DNA from: Macrostomum hystrix | Lineage: Eukaryota > Animalia > Platyhelminthes | Assembly: GCA_950097015.1 (NCBI GenBank) | Contig: CATNEN010000028.1 | Coordinates: 496,001 to 560,000, forward strand | Direction: 5' to 3' | DNA length: 64,000 nt | In this document: positions 47,301-58,772 of the stretch, piece by piece | Numbering within the stretch: the stretch's first letter is position 1 | Layout: the number at the start of each line of letters is the position of its first letter | The notes under the pieces: generated by a model | Told to the model about the DNA's origin: nothing | Seen by the model: only the letters and a program-made list of their open reading frames with translations | The model's database searches: none | Made by a program: the position numbers and the translations under genes

Positions 47301-50300
47301 TTTCAGACCGGTTACTCTCTGAGAGTCATTTCAGAGCGGTTACTCTCTGAGAGTCATTTCAGAGCGGTTACTCTCAGAGAGTCATTTCAGAGCGGTTACT
47401 CTCTGAGAGTCATTTCAGAGCGGTTACTCTCTGAGAGTCATTTCAGAGCGGTTACTCTCTGAGAGTCATTTCAGAACCGTTACTCTCTGGGAGTCATTTC
47501 AAAGCGGTTACTCTCAGAGAGTCATTTCAGAACCGTTACTCTGAGAGTCATTTCAGAGCGGTTACTCTCTGAGAGTCATTTCAGAGCGGTTACTCTCTGA
47601 GAGTCATTTCAGAGCGGTGACTCTCTGAGATTCATTTCAGAGCGGTTACTCTCAGAGAGTCATTTCAGAACCGTTACTCTCTGGGAGTCATTTTTCTAGG
47701 ATTTTCTTTTTCTAAGAAAAGTTCTAGGATTCATACTCGATCGCATCAGACAAGAAAAATACTATCTGTTGTCCGAAAACCGATGCGAACTCTATCCTGG
47801 CCCTGTTGTCTTTTCTATCAGCCAAAGTCTCACAGTCTTCTCCAGTGCAAGCAGCAAGCAAATTACTAGAAGGAAAGTGATGAGAATAGCGTTGGGAAAC
47901 GAACCACCGGGGGGATATCTTGCCGGGGGAAGAGGGAGAATGGGAAGAGAAATTAATGCATGAGAACAAGAACCAGTTGCAGAGGAGCGGACTAAATTGC
48001 TAGTAGCGCGGCCGCGGCAGCTGGGCGCTCATTTCCTCGCACAGTTTAGTTCCAATTTCAGGCAGATCCGGGCTAAACCCGTGTTTGTTCTCCGATGTCT
48101 TCTCCTGAATTTCATCTCTCTCTCTCTCTGACTTTCTCGCCGCAGTAGCGGCGTTTATAAGCGCAAAATCTAGAGATAGATAGACGCGATAACGCAGTGC
48201 AGTGTCTGTGTGTCTGTCTGTCTCGAACCCTCGTCATATAGCTTTCCTCTCTAGAGATGGGAAGATCGAATTGTGTTGCGTACACACAATCTTGGAGAGA
48301 GAGAGAGAGCAAGTACTTTTACAGCTTTTCCCAACGTCCGTCTGTCCATTACCAACAATTTTAACAAATGGAATGGCTTGGAATGGAATGGATTGGCATA
48401 GAATTGGAAGCATTGGCATGGGATGGGATGGATTGGCATGGGGTGGATTGGCTTGGGATGGGATGGCTTGGCTTGGGATGGATTGGCTTTGAATGGGAAG
48501 GATTGGCATGGCTTGGGATGGATTGGCATGGCTTGGGATGGATTGGCTTTGAATGGGAAGGATTGGCATTGCTTGGGATGGATTGGCATGGCTTGGGATG
48601 GATTGGCTTTGAATGGGAAGGATTGGCATGGCTTGGGAAGGATTGGCTTGGGATGGATTGGCTTGGGATGGATTGGTTTGGGATGGATTGGCTAGGGATG
48701 GATTGGCTTGGGATGGATTGGCATGGCTTGGGATGGATTGGCTTTGAATGGGAAGGATTGGCATGGCTTGGGAAGGATTGGCTTGGGATGGATTGGCTTG
48801 GGATGGATTGGCTTGGGATGGATTGGCTTGGGATGGATTGGCTTGGGATGGATTGGCTTGGGATGGATTGGCTTGGGATGGATTGGCTTGGGATGGATTG
48901 GCTTGGGATGGATTGGCTTGGGATGGATTGGCTTGGGATGGATTGGCTTGGGATGGATTGGCTTGGGTTGGATTGGCATGGCTTGGGATGGATTGGCATG
49001 GCTTGGGAAGGATTGGCTTGGGATGGATTGGCTTGGGATGGATTGGCTTGGGATGGATTGGCTTGGGATGGATTGGCTTGGGATGGATTGGCTTGGGATG
49101 GATTGGCTTGGGATGGATTGGCTAGGGATGGATTGGCTTGGGATGGATTGGCTTGGGTTGGATTGGCATGGCTTGGGATGGATTGGCATGGCTTGGGATG
49201 GATTGGCTTGGGATGGATTGGCTTGGGATGGATTGGCTTGGGATGGATTGGCTTGGAATGGGAAGGATTGTGATGGGATGAGAAGGATTGAAAGGATCGG
49301 GAAGAATTATAATGATTGATAACTTTTGGAGCAATTGAAAGCGATTAAAGAGATCTCGAGCGATGCCAGAAATGCACTACTAATCCCCTCATTGTCCCCT
49401 CTAGACAGCGACCTAGAAGATCTGCGCAAGCGACTCAAAGAGAAAGAGACCCTGCTGGACAAGAAGAACAAGGCGCTGAGCACGGCACTAAGCGAGAAGC
49501 GCTCACTGGAGCTTCAACTAACCGAAGCCAAAGACAGCTTGGACCTCAAAGAGCGCAAAGTGTCTGTACTGCAGCGCAAAGTAGACAATCTCGAGGCCTT
49601 ACTAAGTGACAAAGAGTCTCAGCAGCAGCACGGTGGCGGCGGGGCGTCCGAGAGCTCCGAGTTGGAAAAACAGCTGGAGCGTCTGCGCGCTCAGAAGGAC
49701 CGGCTAGAGCAGGAGAACGAACAGGAGGCCGCCGGTCATCGAAGGTTAACTGGTGAGCTTAAAGCCCGGCTGTTCACACTGCAGCGCGACCTGGATGAGA
49801 AGGCCGAGTGTCTAACCGAGCTCAGAGATCAGGCCGCCGAGCTGCGCGCGGACAAGGCCAGGCTGGAGTCCAACTTGGCTGCTCTGCAGGCTGAGCTGTC
49901 AAGTGAGTATCAGCGGCTAAGATTCAACACGAAGAAAACATTTAAGTTGAGGGGATTATATTCAAGTTGAGGGGATAACATTCAAGTTGAGGGGATAACA
50001 TTCAAGTTGAGGGGATAACATTCAAGTTGAGGGGATAACATTCAAGTTGAGGGGATAACATTCAAGTTGAGAGGATGAAAAGTTAAGGGATTTTTTTCGT
50101 CGTTTGCAGCATCCCAGCTGGAGGTGCAAATGTCGCACGAAGGTGCGCAGCAGTTGTCGCCCCGTCTGCAGACCGGACGGCCCAGCGCCAGCATCGGCGC
50201 GGCGGGTTTGCGCGCCTCGGCCGCTCTGGTTGAGCAGCTGCGTCAACAGTTGCGCGACTCCGAGACGCAACGGCAGGCTAAGGAGGCCGAACTGCAAGCG

Positions 50301-53300
50301 ATGGACGAACGGTTGGCTGATCTCGAACTGCAGCTGGCTACAGCGATTGCTCAGCCATCGCCTCCACAGCAGCAACAGCAGCGACTGCCACCGGCCGGTT
50401 CAATAGACACGGCTAGACAAGTTCGCGAGCTGAATGGCGCCCTTCGTGACATGTCGCATCGAGTTGCGCAGATGCAACAGCAGCATCAACGAGATGGCAG
50501 TCAGCAAGGCGGCTGTGACGATAGCGGAGCTCTGCTTCTACAGAGGACCGGTCAGGAGCTGACGGCCCGCCTCTCTGAGATGCAAGCCATTGTTGGAAGC
50601 CTCAGTGGTGGAGCCGTCGGCGAAATAAGCTTTCCATCGTCCACCGCATCGGCGTTCACAGCAGTGGCCGCCAGCGAGCACAACGAGGCGCTGAGCGAGC
50701 TTCGCCGACAGTTGGGCGATCGGGAGAGGCAGCTGGCCAGACTGCGGGAGGAGCTGAGCTCGGCTAGGATTCAGTGCGACCAGCTCGAGGTGGAGAAGAC
50801 CCAACTGGCGGCGAGGGTAATAATATTAATAATAATAATTGCAGGAGGGCTGCGGGCAATGGCACATCATTGGGTGACACTTGACCCGCAGCCAGCGGTG
50901 AGGCAGTTCTGCCCATTTCGCTGACTCCTGAGCACACACGCACACAGATACTGTACGCAGGCACACACTCAACACAGATGTGTACATCTGCCCTGACTTT
51001 CTCATCGTCAGGGCAGGGCGTAAATTGCACGACAAGCCACCAAGCCTTCTCTCCGCGGCTGCCCCCTAAATGAATGTGGCCCCGCCGCGGAATCGAGCTC
51101 AGAGACCTTGGTGCGAGAGGCAATCGCGTTAACCACCCTCCGGCGGCGAGGGTAGGCCACTAAATGAATTATTAAATGCTGTTCTTTTGTCAATAGTAAT
51201 AGTTAATGATGTATTTAGTTGGACACTTAAGGTTCTCAACACGAATCGAGTTCCGTCAGAATTGTACTCCAAGCTCCGCTAATATCTTTGGGTTCCACCA
51301 TTCTCACGCCCACCCAGATGAGCCGCCAGCTGGCAACCGCCGAGGCCAGCCTAGCCAAAGACCTGGAGAATCAGCTGAGCGCTGCCAAGCTTCGCTTAGC
51401 CGATCGCGACGAGCGCGTTCGCCAATTGGAAAGGGAGGCCGCTCAAACACGCGACCTGCAATCGGAGCTGGACTTCCGCATCAAAGCCGTTGGCGATTTA
51501 CAGGCGTCCGTTGGCGCCAAAGACTCTCAGATTGCAATTCTTAACAAAGATCTTGAACGATTCAAGGCTGAACGCGCTTCTCTCAATCGCAGCCTGCAAG
51601 ATTTGCAGACGGAAGTGAAATGCAAGCTGGAGCGAATCAGCGATCTGGAGGCCTCGGTGCATTCGCTGCGGGACGAGCTAGCGACAGTCAGGAAGCAGCT
51701 GTTGCAGGCTGAGAGCGAAAGTAAAAACACTCGAGAAGAGCTCGGTTTCAAAGAGGAGCGCTTGCGTCACATAAATGCATCGCATGTGAGCATTCTGGAA
51801 ATAGCTTTGAGACATTGGGGTGTTCTAATGACGCCGGGGCAAAACTGTATATTGGATGTCGAGACATTCATGTGAATTTTTTTGTTTAAGATAAAAATAT
51901 GGTGCGTGTTACGATCTTAGACCTCAAATTCTTAAGACATCTCTCAAGCTACTTTATAACTCTGTTCCCGGGATGCTCCAGATGTGATGTTGTGATGTTT
52001 CCTCTGGACGCTCATGATATTTTCTCTGGCGCTCATTGTGTTTTTTTTGACGCTCTAGATGGTTTCTCTTGATCCTCAGGATGGTTTCTTTTGACTCTCA
52101 GGATGGTTTCTCTTGACGCTGTGGATGGTTTCTCTTGACGCTCTGGATGGATTCTCTTGACTCTCAGGATGGTTTCTCTTGACTCTCAGGATGGTTTCTC
52201 TTGACTCTCAGGATGGTTTCTCTTGACTCTCAGGATGGTTTCTCTTGACTCTCAGGATCGTTTCTCTTGACGCTCTGGATGGATTCGCTTGACTCTCAAG
52301 ATGGTTTCTCTTGACTCTCAGGATGGTTTCTCTTGACTCTCAGGATGGTTTCTCTTGATCCTCAGGATGGTTTCTCTTGACGCTCTGGATGATTTCGCTT
52401 GACTCTGTGGATGGTTTCTCTTGACTCTCAAGATGGTTTCTCTTGACGCTGTGGATGGTTTCTCTTGACTCTCAGAATGATTTCTGTTGACGCTCTGGAT
52501 GGTTTCTCTTGACGCTCTGGATGGTTTCGCTTGACTCTCAAGATGGTTTCTCTTGACGCTGTGGGTGGTTTCTCTTGACGCTCTGGATGGTTTCTCTTAA
52601 AGCTGGGGATGTTTTTTCTTGACGCTCAGGATGATTTCTCTTGAAGCTGGGGATGTTTTTTCTTGACGCTCTGGATGGTTTCTCTTGACGCTCTGGACGG
52701 TTACTCTTGACGCTCTGGATGGTTACTCTTGACGCTCTGGATGGTTTCTCTGGACTCTCAGGATGATTTCTCTTGAGGCTCTGGATGGTTTCTCTTGACG
52801 CTCTGGATGGTTTCTCTTGACGCTCTGGATGGTTTCTCTTGACGCTGTGAATGGTTTCTCTTGACGCTCTGGATGGTTTCTCTTGACGCTCTGGATGGTT
52901 ACTCTTGACGCTCTGGATGGTTACTCTGGACGCTCTGGATGGTTTCTCTTGACGCTCTGGATGGTTTCTCTTGACGCTCTGGATGGTTTCTCTTGACGCT
53001 CTGGATGGTTTCTCTTGACGCTCTGGATGGTTTCTCTTGACGCTCTGGATGGTTTCTCTTGACGCTGTGAATGGTTTCTCTTGACGCTCTGGATGGTTTC
53101 TCTTGACGCTCTGGATGGTTTCTCTTGACGCTCTGGATGGTTACTCTTGACGCTCTGGATGGTTACTCTGGACGCTCTGGATGGTTTCTCTGGACTCTCA
53201 GGAAGATTTTTCTTGACGCTCTGGATGGTTTCTCTTGACGCTCTAGATGGTTTCTCTTGACGCTTTAGATGGTTTCTCTTGACGCTCTGGATGGTTTCTC

Positions 53301-56300
53301 TTGACGCTCTGGATGGTTTCTCTGGACGCTCATGATGTTTTCCCCGGACACTCATAATGTTTCTCTAGACGCTCAGGAGGTTTTCTCGGGACACGAGCAA
53401 TGGATGAACGGCTCGCTAGGATAATGTACTGTAGGAGTGGTAGCGATGCATTTTCAAAATAGTTTTCCGAATTTGGCTTTCAAGACAATTAAGAAATATC
53501 TTTCCTACCCTTTTTAATCCTAGGCCGAAGAGGTGAACAGACTACGGAGTGCCAACACGGAGGCCAATGATCACGTTAATCAATTGAAGATAAAGCTCGA
53601 CTCAAAAGATCAGGAGATTAAAAAATGGAGTGCCGATCAGGTATAATTTAAGATGTGTCTATAGTAATAAAACTTTTTCATCTGAACTGAAATAATTCAT
53701 GAACTAACTTAGCAAATACTTTCTCTCAGGATAAGCTTCGAGGAGAACTCGAGGCCTGTCGGAAGCAGCTTCTCGAAGCGGAAAAGTTCGCCACCCATTT
53801 GCAAGCTGAGCTGGAGGATAAGATTACTAAACTAAAGCGACTCGATATGGAGGTGGTAAGGCTTTTGCACAGTTCAAAAACAATTCTGTAGTAGAGAATG
53901 GCTCTGAGTGCAACAATGCTCTGAGCATGCAGCGAGACATGATTAGTGCACGCTCCAAACGTCTCGGCAGCTTAACAAAACAAATACTCTCGTATAGAAA
54001 GTGTGTGTGTGTTAACCTTGGCTCGGCGGGCCAGGGCCAGTACCTGCTCCTGGGAAAAGCTCGGCGAAGAAGCCCCAGACGGTCTTGGGCTGGGACCAGA
54101 GATCCCGCGGGACGAGCGAGGTGGGAAGAGCCGGGCAGGCGAACAGATGCGTGACCGACTCTTCCTCGCCGTGGCAACGCAGGCAGGTGGCAGGCGACTG
54201 CTGATCGAGGCGGTGCTTAAAACTGGCCAGGTGAAGGCAGAAACCCGACCGGAGTTGGGCTAGCGTGGCCCGGGCGGAGCGCGGCAACTGCGTCTCGGAG
54301 GCGTCGATCACAGGCGGTGGCGCGCCGAGGACCCGATTAGGTTGCCGGTCCAGCAGGCGTTTCTGGAAGGAACGTTTCTGACAGTATAGGAACCAAACTG
54401 CAGCCGCGTCTCCGTCGCGGTTCCACCCACCAAGGTGGCAAAGAGCTGCAGATCCTCCTTCAAGGCCCGCTTGGCCACTACCTTCGTATAGAAAGTCGTG
54501 GTCATAGAAAGACGTTCAAGGCGTGCAAAAACTGGCCTTCATTCGTAGACCCTAAATTACACCTTCAAATCGATACAGTGGTACAAGTTTTCTGTTTTCA
54601 GTGCCGCACCCAGGCCCAAGAAATCGACAGGCTGCAGAAGACCATAGACGATTATCAGAATCGGCTGACCCAGACGCAGACCCGCTTGGAGGAACGGGAA
54701 CTGCGAATGCGCCGATTGGAACAGGAGAATGTGAGCTTCTTGGATGAGCTGATGATATTGGCACCATTTTTTTCGTCAAACCGTAATTCGCGCCCTGATT
54801 TGGTATCATGTGCAGCCAATTATAGTGCTGTGTACACGGCTTGATGATTAGAAAGTGTTGACAGACGTACGTGGTCGTGTGAGCATTATGTGCTGAAGGG
54901 ACAAAGCCAGCTTTGGCAATGTTGATTAAGAAAGTAATAAAAAGTAATGTTCTTTTTGAGAAATTGTTTGCTACATTTTTTGTATTTTATTTTTAGACTG
55001 ACCTGCTAGATGAAATTCATGAACTGCGCAAAAAGACTTACGAACTGGAGGGTCAGTGTGACACTCTTCGCGGCCAGCTGATGGAGCGGGGTCACAGCAG
55101 CATGGACCATCATCATCATCAAATGGTTGGCGGTGGCTTAGTCAGCGTCGGCGGAGGCGGAGGCGGAGTTGGCAGCAGCCAGACTCAGATGCATCGGATG
55201 CACAGCGAGATTAGCGAACTTCGAAACAGGTGCAAAGTGCTCAGTGAAGAGAGAGACAGGTTCCAACGAGAGCTCAAAGCACAGGTATGTTTATAATGTC
55301 CTATTGCTATACATAGTCTGTATAGTAAATAAATGCCAGTGCAGTATGTTTGACAGTAGCTGCTTAGCTGCTTTTTGACAGTGCTTGTGAGCCTTTTGCC
55401 AAAGCGAAACTTTTCCTGACACAACCTCTTAATAACATCCAGGAGAACCAGATAAGCAGTTTGCAGCAGAGCTCTCTCAGCCTGATGAACTCAAATCACG
55501 AGGTGCAGCGGCTGCAGCGCGAGTTGGCAGGGCGGCAGGCTCACGCGGAGAAGCTCCAGCTGGAGCTGCAACGGCTGAGCCAGGCGGCCAATCAGGGAAC
55601 GCACGAGCTACGCCGTCAGCTAGCTGAAACTGAGCAGCGTCTCAAGCAGCGCGAAGAGGAGTGCAAAACCAAGGAGAAGCACCTTGTAGACTGGAACGCC
55701 CACTGGGATCGGCATCAGCGCGAGTGTCAGGCTAAAGATGCGCAGGTGAAACAACTGACGCAACAATTGGAAAGAGCAGTCGCTCAGCAGAGCGCCAGCA
55801 GCCAGGAGCAATTGAAGTCGGCGACGGAGCAGCGGACTCGCGCAGAAGCCGAGCTAGCCAAAAGGGAGAAGGCCATGCAGGATCTGGCGGTAGAGCTGGG
55901 CAAGCGAGACAAAGCGCTGCAGGATCTAGCTGCTGAGCTAGGCAAGAGGGACAAGGCGCTGCAGGAGCTGGGCCGCGAGCTGCAGGCGGCGGAGCGGCTG
56001 GCAGGTGAGCCGGTTTCTGTAAAGCAATCTCCAGATTCTTTGAAGCTTAGCTGAGCTCAAAGTCAACGCTGTATTTATTTTTATTCGAGTATATTATTTT
56101 TATGGCTGTTTGTTACCAATCCTCCGCTGTGTTTAACATTTATACGATTGTCTTGAATCCCGTAATCCGCTTTGGTCACCGGTCGATCACTTCCTCTCCG
56201 TCTGTCCTATCCCAGCTGAAATGCACGAGAAGGACGCCCATCTGAAAGAGGTGTCTCGCGAGCTCAAACAATGCCAGCTGGAGCTGCAGAGTCAGAATGA

Positions 56301-58243
56301 CGAGCTGCGCGACAAAGAGCGTCGGCTATTCTCTATGCAACAAGAGCTAGACTGTCGGGCGCGTGGCGATGGTCGAGGCGGCGACAGGCGGCTATACGAG
56401 AGAAACAAGGAGCTGGAGGAGGAAATAGGTGAGGCGAACAAGGTAGAGTAGATTACAGAAAAGTATAGTAGAATCCCACAGACCAATGGTTTCTGAGGCT
56501 AATTAGAAATGGAGTTTTACAATATTTCTATGCTTAAAGAAGGAAGATAAATAATCGTGATGAGGCAATCGTGCGTTACCTTACAGGCAAGCTTCGGCGC
56601 CTTATACAAGAGAAGGAGCATCGAATTCACGTGCTGGAGACGGAGTGCTTCCAGAATCAGGCTGAGGAGATCGATAGGCTCCGTCGCGAGTTGCAGCAGG
56701 GCGCCGCCTCAGCCGCCGGCGGAGCCAATCCAGCCGGAATGGCCTCCAGTCGTAAGGAGGCGGAGCTGAACAGCGCACTGAGCGAGCTACAAAATCTGCG
56801 CGCTGACATTGCCGGCCTGAAGCGTGAGATTCAACAGCGCGAGGATACTATATCGAGACTGCAAAGGGAATGCAACGAGCGACACGGAGTCAGGCCGGGA
56901 CAGCAGCCGCCTCAGCAGCAGCCGCCTACATCTTCGCAACAACAGCAGCAACAGCAGCAGCAGCAACAGCAGCAGCAACAGCTGCAACAACTTAGCAGCG
57001 ATTATGAGCGACTGCGAGACGAACACTCTCGATGCGGACAGACCATCGGGGAGCTCAGGCGGTGAGTAGGCCTGTTGGATCGCAGGCAGTTTTCATTATT
57101 CGAGCACAGAGTCGGCCTGTTTAGAGTCTGATAGGGTTCATCTTTACTTTTTTTCAATCACGCATGCAGCGAGTTGGAGAAGCGCGAACGAGAGCTTCAC
57201 ACCCTGGAGCAGCAGCTGGATCGTCAGGTGCTTGAGCTGTTGGAATCTCGCGAGGAAGCATTGATGTCCGCCGTGTGCGAGAAGGACGCCAACATCGCCC
57301 TGCTGGAGCTGAGTTCGCAGGGTCGCGGCGGTGCAGGCAACCAGCAGATTCAGAATCAGATACGCAAATTCTGCGACGAGAAGGCGAAACTGCAGAGCCA
57401 ACTGCAACAACTCGTTAGTCTCACTTGTGTTTTTTGTTCTTTAGTTCCAAAACTATTCCTAGAGCTATATTTAGAACCCCATGCGTATAGTGCATTTCGA
57501 TTCGCTAAGGATCTAGAGCTGTATACTTATTTTCAGCACTTCTGTCCCTACAAATTTTATCACTAACCAGTGGCCAAGATCTGTACTTTCAGTTCAGAGA
57601 CCAGCTTCTCTGGGCGTCCCAGTGGGGTAACAGCGTTTGATTGCCCGCGCTTGGCGCTGGACAACCCCCTGAGACCAATAAACCAACCTGTTTAGTTCTA
57701 GACCAGCCTTCCCTAAATACCACCCGACTCCGAGAGATGTGTCCTCTGCTGTCGCATCATTATATACACAATGTACCAGTCGCAGTATTTCCGATTGAGT
57801 TTATTGGACTCATTTTCTGTATATCAGTTTACCATTCCATGACGCTTTTTTGGATTAGGCATCACGTTTCGTCACTGAGAAGATGCTGTTATATAAAACG
57901 AGCTTGTCCGTATGCTCTTATTGAAATGATCACTTTCGATTCAGATAATATGGCTGAGTGATTTTCATTTTTAGCTATACAAACGGTAAAATCCCTTCAT
58001 TATATTTTTGTCACAGAATAATTTCAATATCTAGCATTTTATCAACTTTCTATAAAACCTTTCTTCACAACTCCAACACTAATGCAGACAAACTCAAAGG
58101 TCAAGCTGAAAGAGCAGCAACAGAAGCGACTGAGCGGCGTTGTTGGACCTCAGCAGCAGCTTCATCATCCGTCAGTATCAACTGCAACAAATAGTCAGCA
58201 ACAACAGAAGCCAACGATGACTATGAGCAACATAAGGCGATAG
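38367..58243 (+). CDS. ERC1: ERC1/ELKS (CAST/Bruchpilot-like) active-zone coiled-coil protein, ~15 exons, ~1680 aa
   Basis: Exons 38367-38644, ~42218-42542 (acceptor uncertain), 42781-43246, 49405-49902, 50110-50816, 51318-51785, 53524-53640, 53730-53855, 54602-54730, 54997-55284, 55443-56004, 56216-56428, 56587-57061, 57170-57413, 58088-58243; phases compatible. ELKS motifs KDQRIGALEAEIQML, LDLKERKVSVLQRKVDNL, EEALMSAVCEKDANIALLELS, LQQLTNSKVKL. Confidence 0.85.
38670..41320. repeat. 31-bp minisatellite (CAAGATCCTCTCGGGATTCGCCATCAATCTC), ~85 copies, ERC1 intron 1
   Basis: Direct periodicity with variant subtypes; starts ~30 nt after the donor. Confidence 0.97.
42608..42735. repeat. 18-bp minisatellite (GAGGTTGATGCGCGGAGT), ~7 copies, ERC1 intron
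   Basis: Direct periodicity. Confidence 0.9.
43854..44251 (-). mobile_element. SINE family 1, full-length copy with 12-bp TSD, ERC1 intron
   Basis: TSD AAGAACAAGGGC at 43842-43853 and 44252-44263; AT-rich tail; tRNA-like head GGTGGCAGAGCGCTTAACG...GTTCGATTCC. Confidence 0.9.
45190..47692. repeat. 28-bp minisatellite (TCTCTGAGAGTCATTTCAGAGCGGTTAC), ~89 copies, ERC1 intron
   Basis: Head-to-tail units. Confidence 0.97.
48365..49275. repeat. Pentamer-based repeat (GGCTT-GGGAT-GGATT, 15-bp unit), ERC1 intron
   Basis: Direct periodicity; explains the GMDWL/AWDGL/GWIGL ORFs. Confidence 0.95.
49945..50070. repeat. 20-bp minisatellite (TTCAAGTTGAGGGGATAACA), ~6 copies, ERC1 intron
   Basis: Direct periodicity. 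Confidence 0.9.
50820..51141 (-). mobile_element. SINE family 1 copy with a 13-bp TSD that spans an exon/intron junction
   Basis: TSD GGCGGCGAGGGTA at 50807-50819 and 51142-51154; (ATT)n tail abuts the left TSD. Confidence 0.9.
52040..53390. repeat. 22-bp minisatellite (GGATGGTTTCTCTTGACGCTCT), ~60 copies, ERC1 intron
   Basis: Direct periodicity. Confidence 0.96.
54003..54483 (-). mobile_element. 5'-truncated non-LTR retrotransposon (3' end of ORF2 with zinc knuckle; I-group/Ingi-like), ERC1 intron
   Basis: LPRSARATLAQLRSGFCLHLASFKHRL...CLRCHGEEESVTHLFACP; (CA)n tail; 13-bp TSD TCGTATAGAAAGT at 53990-54002 and 54484-54496. Confidence 0.85.
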
Positions 58244-58772
58244 TGGCTATGTGCGACTGTTCAACAGATCAGAGTGCTATATTCGACGCTATAAATGCCG
58301 TGCATTATTAATTTTGATTGAATTGTTTACTTGTAGCGATCGTAGCGACTCGTATTAAATAGACGATTAAATGTAATTTTTCAAACAAAAATAGTGCTTT
58401 AACATTGTACAAGTAGTCTAGTAGTAAAATATAATTTATCTACAGGTACAGCATAATGATTTCTTATCACCTGTCTCACATTTCATTAGATGATAATAGT
58501 GGCTTTCTCTGCGCTCCTTTAGTTCACCTATTTTTTGCATGCTATAGTCGAATTTGCTGCTTATTAACAAATAACCGTTGTCTCTAGTCATTTATAGTCA
58601 TTTGTTTGTATTTTTCTGTACATGCGCTTCTCCTTTAGACCAGGCTATTCTATTTTTCATTCCAAAGAATTTTTCCTTTTCTTTAAGATATCACACAGAT
58701 AGCATCGAACATATTGAAAAGATGAAAATCAAATCCTATATACACATGATAACCAATGATGTTTTTGTTTTA

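Noticed and set aside
48234-49334. GMDWL/AWDGL/PIHPK repeat ORFs as pentapeptide-repeat proteins
   Set aside because: All frames open because of a 5/15-bp DNA repeat inside an ERC1 intron
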